Assembly: GCA_950097015.1 (NCBI GenBank)
Contig: CATNEN010000024.1
Location: 2,480,001-2,544,000 of the forward strand
DNA: 64,000 nucleotides
Origin: Macrostomum hystrix
Taxonomy: Eukaryota > Animalia > Platyhelminthes
Direction: 5' to 3'
A program made the position numbers and the translations under genes. Shown piece by piece: positions 1 through 10,962 of this stretch; position 1 is the first letter of the stretch, and each line of letters begins with the position of its first letter. Under the pieces are notes generated by a model, which was given only the letters and a program-made list of their open reading frames with translations, did no database searches and was not told the origin of the DNA.

Positions 1-37
1 CAAAATAAATTCCCATGTAGTTCGTTTTTATTTAAAA

Positions 38-225
38 AAGGTTGGTTGCCCCATCGAACTAGCTGGTTGCCCCATCAAACTGGTTGGTTGCCCCATCGAA
101 CTAGTTGGTTGCCCCATCAAACTAGTTGGTTGCCCCATCGAACTAGTTGGTTGCCCCATCAAACTGGTTGGTTGCCCCATCAAACTAGTTGGTTGCTGTA
201 TCGATCGAACTAGTTGGTTGCCCAA
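38..225. repeat. 21-bp minisatellite (tggttgccccatcgaactagt-like), ~9 copies
   Basis: Direct tandem repetition at the window start; accounts for ORF 28..225. Confidence 0.9.
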
Positions 226-359
226 TCATACACTTGAACTTCGTCTGTTCTTTCTATGAAGTAATTTGCCTGTTCGAATTCCATAATAGTTCGTGGGTGA
301 TGTTACGAGCTATTTAATTTTTTCTGCGCAACTTTTACTTGAATTCTGTTTCATTACAG

Positions 360-3300
360 ATGCCACACCTGACATTATTGCTCAGCCTTCTGTCATCAAT
401 CCTAGGCTGTTGTCTTTCCGCAGTCAATATAACTGTCTATCCTACCGCTGAGCAGCTGGTCAAGCCCGGCTGTGATTGGTCCGACTGGCAGTGCTCTGAG
501 AAGCCCGGCAATCCGCCTAGCTGCACACTGTTCAAGGAATGGAACTGCTCAGGCCAGCCCTACCAACGGCTCGAGTACTATCACTATAGTCAGTTTTACA
601 AGGGCATCAGCTGCAATACCAGGGAGTCACTATCATCTTGTCTGACAGTGCCAGACTACTCAACTGGCTATTCTGAGCAGCCCCGTTGGTGCTCTTGGCA
701 GGAGTGGCAACAGTGGAGATACGTCTGCTTAGACACAGCGATACGTGACCACTCCTGGCTGCAAACTGCATTGTACAAGTATGGAAGTGAGTTCCGTGTT
801 CAGTGGACATGTTTATCCAAGCGTACCTGGTAGCTCCAGCTCAGAGGACATGTTTATCCAAGCGAACCAGTAGCTCTCGCTGCGGTAAGGTATCGCTTGT
901 CCAAACGAATCCCTTGTAGCTGAGTTCGAGCTTGTCTTAACTCAAGACTTTGACTCACAAGAGTTTTATCACAGACTAGTTCTGTTTATCACTGGCTAGT
1001 TCTGTTTATCACAGGCCAGTTCTGTTTATCACAGACTAGTTCTGTTTATCACTGGCTAGTTCCATTTAGCACAGGCTAGTTCCATTTAGCACAGGCTAGT
1101 TCTGCTTATCACTGGCTAGTTCTGTTTATCACAGGCCAGTTCTGTTTATCACAGACTAGTTCTGTTTATCACTGGCTAGTTCTGTTTATCACAGACTAGT
1201 TCTGTTTATCACAGACTAGTTCTGTTTATCACAGACTAGTTCTGTTTATCACTGGCTAGTTCTCTTTATCACTGGCTAGTTCTGTTTATCACTGGCTAGT
1301 TCTGTTTATCACTGGCTAGTTCTGTTTATCACAGACTAGTTCTGTTTATCACAGACTAGTTCTGTTTATCACAGGCCAGTTCTGTTTATCACAGGCCAGT
1401 TCTGTTTATCACAGGCCAGTTCTGTTTATCACAGGCTAGTTCCATTTATCACAGGCTAGTTCTGTTTATCACAGACTAGTTCTGTTTATCACAGGCCAGT
1501 TCTGTTTATCACTAGCTAGTTCTGTTTATCACAGGCTAGTTCCATTTATCACAGGCTAGTTATGTTTATCACTGGCTAGTTCTGTTTATCACTGGCTAGT
1601 TCTGTTTATCACAGGCTAGTTCTGTTTATCACTGGCTAGTTCCATTTATCACAGGCCAGTTCTGTTTATCACAGGCCAGTTCTGTTTATCACAGGCTAGT
1701 TCTGCTTATCACAGGCTAGTTCCATTTATCACAGGCTAGTTCCTTTTATCACAGGCCAGTTCTGTTTATCACAGGCTAGTTCTGTTTATCACCGGCTAGT
1801 TCTGTTTATCACAGACTAGTTCTGTTTATCACAGGCTAGTTCTGTTTATCACTGGCTAGTTATTTTTATCACTGGCTAGTTCTGTTTATCACTGGCTAGT
1901 TCTGTTTATCACTGGCTAGTTCTGTTTATCACAGGCTAGTTCTGTTTATCACAGGCTAGTTCTGTTTATCACAGGCTAGTTCCATTTATCACAGGCCAGT
2001 TCTGTTTATCACAGGCCAGTTCTGTTTATCACAGGCTAGTTCTGTTTATCACAGGCCAGTTCTGTTTATCACAGGCTAGTTCCATTTATCACAGGCTAGT
2101 TCCATTTATCACAGGCCAGTTCTGTTTATCACAGGCTAGTTCTGTTTATCACAGGCTAGTTCTGTTTATCACAGGCTAGTTCCATTTATCACAGGCTAGT
2201 TCTGTTTATCACAGAACTATTCTGTTTTATCACAAACTAGTTCTGTTTATCATAGGCCAGTTCTTTTTATCACAGGCCAGTTCTGTTTATCACAGGCTAG
2301 TTCTGTTTATCACAGGCTAGTTCCATTTATCACAGGCTAGTTCCATTTATCACAGGCTAGTTCCATTTATCACAGGCCAGTTCTGTTTATCACAGAACTA
2401 TTCTGTTTTATCACAAACTAGTTCTGTTTATCATAGGCCAGTTCTGTTTATCACAGGCCAGTTCTGTTCATCACAGGCTAGTTCTGTTTATCACAGGCCA
2501 GTTCCATTTATCACAGGCAAGTTCCATTTATCACAGGCTAGTTCCATTTATCACAGGCTAGTTCCATTTATCACAGGCTAGTTCCATTTATCACAGGCTA
2601 GTTCCATTTAGCACAGGCTAGTTCCATTTAGCACAGGCTAGTTCTGCTTATCACTGGCTAGTTCTGTTTATCACAGGCCAGTTCTGTTTATCACAGACTA
2701 GTTCTGTTTATCACTGGCTAGTTCTGTTTATCACAGACTAGTTCTGTTTATCACAGACTAGTTCTGTTTATCACAGGGCAGTTCTGTTTATCACAGGCCA
2801 TACGCGTATATTTTCTGCGTCCCCAGACAATCAGCGGGCCGACGGTCTGTGGCTGCAGCTGCGCAGCCGAGCCTGCCGATGTCCGGGCAGCCAGTTTGGA
2901 GTCGGTTGCTCAGGGTTCGACCAGCAGGCAGCTTACACGGCACAGATTGAGGAGTTGGAGGCTCACAGACTATCAGCCAGTCGGCAGTCGGACTGGTGTC
3001 CCTGGTCAGACTGGTCCAGCGTCTGCAGCTGCGTCACGCCATACTCGGGCGTGTCAAACCGCAGCCGCCTCTGCTGTGCCTGGACGCCTGGAGCACAATG
3101 TGCCGGTTTAGACAGGGACTCGAGGCCCTGCCACTGCAGGTTCACACAGACTTGGCCACCGCCTAAATCTGCCAATGAGTCGGCTTCGGCATTCTCTCGG
3201 TATTCGGTCATAGTGACGGTGGTTCTTCCACTAATCCTTGTGCTGCTGCTAATTGGCGTCTGCTTTGCTGGTTATCGATGGTAATAATAATAATTGCAGA

Positions 3301-4204
3301 AGGGCTGTGGGCCATAGCACATCATTTGGTGACAATAGACCTTCAGCCAGCGAGGAGGCAATTTTGCCCATTTCGCTGACTCCTGAGCACACACGCACAC
3401 AGATACTGTACGCAGGCACACGCTCTGCGTACAGTACAGTGACCATTCCACGGGTCATTGCAGTGTCACTCTATGATCATTTCACGGGTCATTGCAGTGT
3501 TACCCTGGGATCATTTCACGGGTCATGGCAGTGTTACCCTGGGATCATTTCATCAGGTCATTGCAGTGTTACCCTGTGATCATTCCACGGGTCATTGCAG
3601 TGTCACTCTATGATCATTTCACGGGTCATTGCAGTGTTACCCTGGGATCATTTCACGGGTCATGGCAGTGTTACCCTGGGATCATTTCATCAGGTCATTG
3701 CAGTGTTACCCTGTGATCATTCCACGGGTCATTGCAGTGTTACCCTGTGATCATTCCACGGGTCATTGCAATGTCACCCTGTGATCATTTCATGGGTCAT
3801 TGCAGTGTCACCCTAGGATCATTTCACGGGTCATTGCAGTGTCACCCTGTGATCATTTCACGGGTCATTGCAGTGTCACCCTGTGATCATTCCACGGGTC
3901 ATTGTAGTGTTATCCTGGTATCATTTCACGGGTCATTGTAGTGTTATCCTGGGATCATTTCACGGTCATTTCAGTGTTATCCTGTAATCACTTTTGTGTT
4001 TTTCATTCGCATCGCAGCCAAAAAGGTCAGCAGCAGCAACAGCAGCAGTCACATCAGCAGTCTGAGCTGTTGCCAGCGGCGTCAACAGTTGTTAGTCAGC
4101 AGCCGGTCATTCAAGTCACACCGACGGCACCCACCGTCGCCGACAGCTCCTCGAACGAGCCGCCGCTTCCTTCGTACGAGGAGGCTGTAAAACTGATGGT
4201 CTAG
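360..4204 (+). CDS. TSP1/TSR-like type-I membrane protein with PY tail, copy 1 (exon 1 carries a 41-nt duplication: either frameshifted or a micro-intron)
   Basis: Exons 360-884 (ATG directly after ttcattacag; donor G|gtaagg, phase 1), 2827-3280 (ccccag|; donor TG|gtaata, phase 2), 4018-4204 (cgcag|; TAG). Signal peptide MPHLTLLLSLLSSILGCCLSA, WSDWQC/WCSWQEW/WCPWSDWSSVC..RSRLC motifs, TM VIVTVVLPLILVLLLIGVCFAGY, tail PPLPSYEEAV. 374 aa if 830-870 is spliced out; otherwise stops at 833. Confidence 0.75.
968..2800. repeat. 20-bp intronic minisatellite (acaggctagttctgtttatc), ~1.8 kb
   Basis: Fills intron 1 of copy 1; variant units (agact/tggct/aggcc, 21-bp agaactattctgttttatc). Confidence 0.95.
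3430..3985. repeat. 34-bp intronic minisatellite (cacgggtcattgcagtgttaccctgtgatcatt.)
   Basis: Intron 2 of copy 1; source of the HFTGHCSVTL/RVIAV ORFs. Confidence 0.95.
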
Positions 4205-4727
4205 TAAATTAGACTGAACCTTTTTATTGGCAATTCTATTTTACCAGTCTTTAGGCTAATATTATGTACTATATACTTGTATATTGTATGCTTGCCTGTT
4301 TGTTAGGTATGAAATCAGTCAATATCTTTTAACAGTTTCAGTACGCTTAACTGAACAGGTCTTTCTCACCTTTCGCTTGCTGTGTTACATTATGTAAAAA
4401 TGTTTCATTAAAAACATTAGCGCATTTTTCTTAGCTTCTTTTCATACCCGTGATTTAAAATACCTGTGCCACTTGCCTCAGGTGCGGCAATAAAAACAGT
4501 TTATTAGCTTTCTGCTGCTGCTGCTGCAGTTCTGACAGCTTTCCTGTTTTATGTTTATATTGTCAATTACGCAATTTATTAGCGACAGTAAAAATTCTAT
4601 TCAATAAACGATTTGCACTATTAACTGATATTAATCTCCCGGTTTATTTAAAGAATTGTGTCAAATGAATTTAATGCACTGCCTCATAACTCTGCGCAAC
4701 TTTGACTTGAATTCTGTTTCATTACAG

Positions 4728-7700
4728 ATGCCACACCTGACATTATTGCTCAGCCTTCTGTCATCAATCCTAGGCTGTTGTCTTTCCGCAGTCAATATAA
4801 CTGTCTATCCTACCGCTGAGCAGCTGGTCAAGCCCGGCTGTGATTGGTCCGACTGGCAGTGCTCTGAGAAGCCCGGCAATCCGCCTAGCTGCACACTGTT
4901 CAAGGAATGGAACTGCTCAGGCCAGCCCTACCAACGGCTCGAGTACTATCACTATAGTCAGTTTTACAAGGGCATCAGCTGCAATACCAGGGAGTCACTA
5001 TCATCTTGTCTGACAGTGCCAGACTACTCAACTGGCTATTCTGAGCAGCCCCGTTGGTGCTCTTGGCAGGAGTGGCAACAGTGGAGATACGTCTGCTTAG
5101 ACACAGCGATACGTGATCACTCCTGGCTGCAAACTGCATTGTACAAGTATGGAAGTGAGTTCCGTGTTCAGTGGACATGTTTATCCAAGCGTACCTGGTA
5201 GCTCCAGCTCAGAGGACATGTTTATCCAAGCGAACCAGTAGCTCTCGCTGCGGTAAGGTATCGCTTGTCCAAACGAATCCCTTGTAGCTGAGTTCGAGCT
5301 TGTCTTAACTCAAGACTTTGACTCACAAGAGTTTTATCACAGACTAGTTCTGTTTATCACTGGCTAGTTCTGTTTATCACAGGCCAGTTCTGTTTATCAC
5401 AGACTAGTTCTGTTTATCACAGACTAGTTCTGTTTATCACAGACTAGTTCTGTTTATCACAGGCCAGTTCTGTTTATCATAGACTAGTTCTGTTTATCAC
5501 TGGCTAGTTCTGTTTATCACTGGCTAGTTCTGTTTATCACAGGCCAGTTCTGTTTATCACAGACTAGTTCTGTTTATCACAGACTAGTTCTGTTTATCAC
5601 AGACTAGTTCTGTTTATCACTGGCTAGTTCTGTTTATCACTGGCTAGTTCCATTTATCACTGGCTAGTTCTGTTTATCACTGGCTAGTTCTGTTTATCAC
5701 AGGCCAGTTCTGTTTATCACAGACTAGTTCTGTTTATCACTGGCTAGTTCTGTTTATCACAGGCTAGTTCCATTTATCACAGGCTAGTTCTGTTTATCAC
5801 AGGCCAGTTCTGTTTATCACAGACTAGTTCTGTTTATCACTGGCTAGTTCTGTTTATCACAGGCCAGTTCTGTTTATCACAGACTAGTTCTGTTTATCAC
5901 TGGCTAGTTCTGTTTATCACAGGCTAGTTCCATTTATCACAGGCTAGTTCTGTTTATCACTGGCTAGTTCTGTTTATCACAGGCCAGTTCTGTTTATCAC
6001 AGACTAGTTCTGTTTATCACTGGCTAGTTCTGTTTATCACAGGCTAGTTCTGTTTATCACAGACTAGTTCTGTTTATCACTGGCTAGTTCTGTTTATCAC
6101 AGGCCAGTTCTGTTTATCACAGACTAGTTCTGTTTATCACTGGCTAGTTCTGTTTATCACAGGCCAGTTCTGTTTATCACAGACTAGTTCTGTTTATCAC
6201 TGGCTAGTTCTGTTTATCACAGGCTAGTTCCATTTATCACAGGCTAGTTCTGTTTATCACTGGCTAGTTCTGTTTATCACAGACTAGTTCTGTTTATCAC
6301 TGGCTAGTTCTGTTTATCACAGACTAGTTCTGTTTATCACAGACTAGTTCTGTTTATCACTGGCTAGTTCTGTTTATCACAGGCCAGTTCTGTTTATCAC
6401 ATACTAGTTCTGTTTATCACTGGCTAGTTCTGTTTATCACAGGCTAGTTCCATTTATCACAGGCTAGTTCTGTTTATCACTGGCTAGTTCTGTTTATCAC
6501 AGGCTAGTTCTGTTTATCACAGACTAGTTCTGTTTATCACAGGCTAGTTCTGTTTATCACAGGCTAGTTCTGTTTATCACAGGCCAGTTCTGTTTATCAC
6601 AGAACTATTCTGTTTTATCACAGGCTAGTTCTGTTTATCACAGGCTAGTTCTGTTTATCACAGGCTAGTTCTGTTTATCACAGACTAGTTCTGTTTATCA
6701 CAGGCTAGTTCTGTTTATCACAGGCTAGTTCTGTTTATCACAGGCTAGTTCTGTTTATCACAGGCTAGTTCTGTTTATCACAGGCTAGTTCTGTTTATCA
6801 CAGAACTATTCTGTTTTATCTCAGACTAGTTCTGTTTATCACAGGCCAGTTCTGTTTATCACAGAACTATTCTGTTTTATCACAGACTAGTTCTGTTTAT
6901 CACAGGCCAGTTCTGTTTATCACAGAACTATTCTGTTTTATCACAGACTAGTTCTGTTTATCACAGGCCAGTTCTGTTTATCACAGGCCAGTTCTGTTTA
7001 TCACAGAACTATTATGTTTTATCACAGACTAGTTCTGTTTATCACAGACTAGTTCTGTTTATCACAGGCTAGTTCTGTTTATCACAGGCTAGTTCTGTTT
7101 ATCACAGGCCAGTTCTGTTTATCACAGATCTATTCTGTTTTTTCACAGGCTAGTTCTGTTTATCACAGGCTAGTTCTGTTTATCACAGGCTAGTTCTGTT
7201 TATCACAGACTAGTTCTGTTTATCACAGGCTAGTTCTGTTTATCACAGGCTAGTTCTGTTTATCACAGGCCAGTTCTGTTTATCACAGAACTATTCTGTT
7301 TTATCACAGGCTAGTTCTGTTTATCACAGGCTAGTTCTGTTTATCACAGGCTAGTTCTGTTTATCACAGACTAGTTCTGTTTATCACAGGCTAGTTCTGT
7401 TTATCACAGGCTAGTTCTGTTTTTCACAGGCCAGTTCTGTTTATCACAGGCTAGTTCTGTTTATCACAGGCTAGTTCTGTTTATCAAAGAACTATTCTGT
7501 TTTATCTCAGACTAGTTCTGTTTATCACAGGCCAGTTCTGTTTATCACAGAACTATTCTGTTTTATCACAGACTAGTTCTGTTTATCACAGGCCAGTTCT
7601 GTTTATCACAGAACTATTCTGTTTTATCACAGACTAGTTCTGTTTATCACAGGCCAGTTCTGTTTATCACAGGCCAGTTCTGTTTATCACAGAACTATTA

Positions 7701-10439
7701 TGTTTTATCACAGACTAGTTCTGTTTATCACAGACTAGTTCTGTTTATCACAGGCTAGTTCTGTTTATCACAGGCTAGTTCTGTTTATCACAGGCCAGTT
7801 CTGTTTATCACAGATCTATTCTGTTTTATCACAGGCTAGTTCTGTTTATCACAGGCTAGTTCTGTTTATCACAGACTAGTTCTGTTTATCACAGGCTAGT
7901 TCTGTTTATCACAGGCTAGTTCTGTTTATCACAGGCCAGTTCTGTTTATCACAGGCTAGTTCTGTTTATCACAGGCTAGTTCTGTTTATCACAGAACTAT
8001 TCTGTTTTATCTCAGACTAGTTCTGTTTATCACCGGCCAGTTCTGTTTATCACAGAACTATTCTGTTTTATCACAGACTAGTTCTGTTTATCACAGGCCA
8101 GTTCTGTTTATCACAGGCCAGTTCTGTTTATCACAAACTAGTTCTGTTTTATCACAGAACTATTCTGTTTTATCACAGACTAGTTCTGTTTATCACAGGC
8201 CAGTTCTGTTTATCACAGGCCAGTTCTGTTTGTCACAGAACTAATATGTTTTATCACAGACTAGTTCTGTTTATCACAGGCTAGTTCTGTTTATCACAGG
8301 CTAGTTCTGTTTATCACTGGCTAGTTCCATTTATCACAGGCTAGTTCCATTTATCACAGGCCAGTTCTGTTTATCACAGAACTATTCTTTTTTATCACAA
8401 ACTAGTTCTGTTTATCACAGGCCAGTTCTGTTTATCACAGGCCATACTCGTATATTTTCTGCGTCCCCAGACAATCAGCGGGCCGACGGTCTGTGGCTGC
8501 AGCTGCGCAGCCGAGCCTGCCGCTGTCCGGGCAGCCAGTTTGGAGGCGGTTGCTCAGGGTTCGACCAGCAGGCAGCTTACACGGCACAGATTGAGGAGTT
8601 GGAGGCTCACAGACTATCAGCCAGTCGGCAGTCGGACTGGTGTCCCTGGTCAGACTGGTCCAGCGTCTGCAGCTGCGTCACGCCATACTCGGGCGTGTCA
8701 AACCGCAGCCGCCTATGCCGCGCCTGGACGCCTGGAGCACAATGCGCCGGTTTAGACAGGGACTCGAGGCCCTGCCGCTGCAGGTTCACGCAGACTTGGC
8801 CACCGCCTAAATCTGCCAATGAGTCGGCTTCGGCATTCTCTCGTTATTCGGTCATAGTGACGGTGGTTCTTCCACTAATCCTTGTGCTGCTGCTAATTGG
8901 CGTCTGCTTTGCTGGTTATCGATGGTAATAATAATAATTGCAGATGGGCTGTGGGCAATAGCACATCATTTGGTGACAATAGACCTTCAGCCAGCGAGGA
9001 GGCAATTTTGCCCATTTCGCTGACTCCTGAGCACACACGCACACGCTCTGCGTACAGTACAGTGACCATTCCACGGGTCATTGCAGTGTCATCCTGGGAT
9101 CATTTCACGGGTCATTGCAGTGTCACCCTGTGATCATTTCACGGGTCATTGCAGTGTTACCCTGGGATCATTCCACGAGTCATTGCAGTGTCACCCTGTG
9201 ATCATTTCACGGGTCATTGCAGTGTTACCCTGGGATCATTCCACGAGTCATTGCAGTGTCACCTTGTGATCATTTCACGGGTCATTGCAGTGTTACCCTG
9301 GGATCATTTCATCAGGTCATTGCAGTGTTACCCTGTGATCATTCCACGGGTCATTGCAGTGTCACCCTGTGATCATTCCACGGGTCATTGCAGTGTCACC
9401 CTATGATCATTCCACGGGTCATTGCAGTGTCACCCTGTGATCATTCCACGGGTCATTGCAGTGTCACCCTGTGATCATTTCACGGGTCATTGCAGTGTCA
9501 CCCTGTGATCATTTCACGGGTCATTGCAGTGTCACCCTGTGATCATTTCACGGGTCATTGCAGTGTTACCCTGTGATCATTCCACGGGTCATTGCAATGT
9601 CACCCTGTGATCATTTCATGGGTCATTGCAGTGTAATCCTGGGATCATTTCACGGGTCATTGCAGTGTCATCCTGGGATCATTTCACGGGTCATTGCAGT
9701 GTTACCCTGGGATCATTCCACGGGTCATTGCAGTGTCACCCTGTGATCATTTCACGGGTCATTGCAGTGTTACCCTGTGATCATTTCACGGGTCATTGCA
9801 GTGTTACCCTGGGATCATTCCACGGGTCATTGCAGTGTCACCCTGTGATCATTCCACGGGTCATTGTTGTGTTATCCTGGTATCATTTCACGGGTCATTG
9901 TAGTGTTATCCTGGGATCATTTCACGGGTCATTGCAGTGTCATCCTGGGATCATTTCACGGGTCATTGCAGTGTTACCCTGGGATCATTTCATCAGGTCA
10001 TTGCAGTGTTACCCTGTGATCATTCCACGGGTCATTGCAGTGTCACCCTAGGATCATTTCACGGGTCATTGCAGTGTCACCCTGTGATCATTTCACGGGT
10101 CATTGCAGTGTCACCCTGTGATCATTCCACGGGTCATTGTAGTGTTATCCTGGTATCATTTCACGGGTCATTGTAGTGTTATCCTGGGATCATTTCACGG
10201 TCATTTCAGTGTTATCCTGTAATCACTTTTGTGTTTTTCATTCGCATCGCAGCCAAAAAGGTCAGCAGCAGCAACAGCAGCAGTCACATCAGCAGTCTGA
10301 GCTGTTGCCAGCGGCGTCAACAGTTGTTAGTCAGCAGCCGGTCATTCAAGTCACACCGACGGCACCCACCGTCGCCGACAGCTCCTCGAACGAGCCGCCG
10401 CTTCCTTCGTACGAGGAGGCTGTAAAACTGATGGTCTAG
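4728..10439 (+). CDS. TSP1/TSR-like type-I membrane protein with PY tail, copy 2 (same 41-nt duplication)
   Basis: Exons 4728-5252, 8471-8924, 10253-10439, near-identical to copy 1 with the same junctions; TAG at 5199-5201 lies inside candidate micro-intron 5198-5238. Confidence 0.75.
5336..8442. repeat. 20-bp intronic minisatellite, ~3.1 kb (expanded in copy 2)
   Basis: Same unit as 968-2800, with visible higher-order 60/80-bp periodicity. Confidence 0.95.
9060..10220. repeat. 34-bp intronic minisatellite, ~1.15 kb
   Basis: Same unit as 3430-3985, about twice as long. Confidence 0.95.
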
Positions 10440-10962
10440 AAAATTAGACTGAACCTTTTTATTGGCAATTCTATTTTACCAGTCTTTAAGCTAATATTAT
10501 GTACTATATACTTGTATATTGTATGCTTGCCTGTTTGTTAGGTATGAAATCAGTCAATATCTTTTAACAGTTTCAGTACGCTTAACTGAACAGGTCTTTC
10601 TCACCTTTCGCTTGCTGTGTTACATTATGTAAAAATGTTTCATTAAAAACATTAGCGCATTTTTCTTAGCTTCTTTTCATACCCGTGATTTAAAATACCT
10701 GTGCCACTTGCCTCAGGTGCGGCAATAAAAACAGTTTATTAGCTTTCTGCTGCTGCTGCTGCAGTTCTGACAGCTTTCCTGTTTTATGTTTATATTGTCA
10801 ATTACGCAATTTATTAGCGACAGTAAAAATTCTATTCAATAAACGATTTGCACTATTAACTGATATTAATCTCCCGGTTTATTTAAAGAATTGTGTCAAA
10901 TGAATTTAATGCACTGCCTCACAACTCTGCGCAACTTTTACTTGAATTCTGTTTCATTACAG

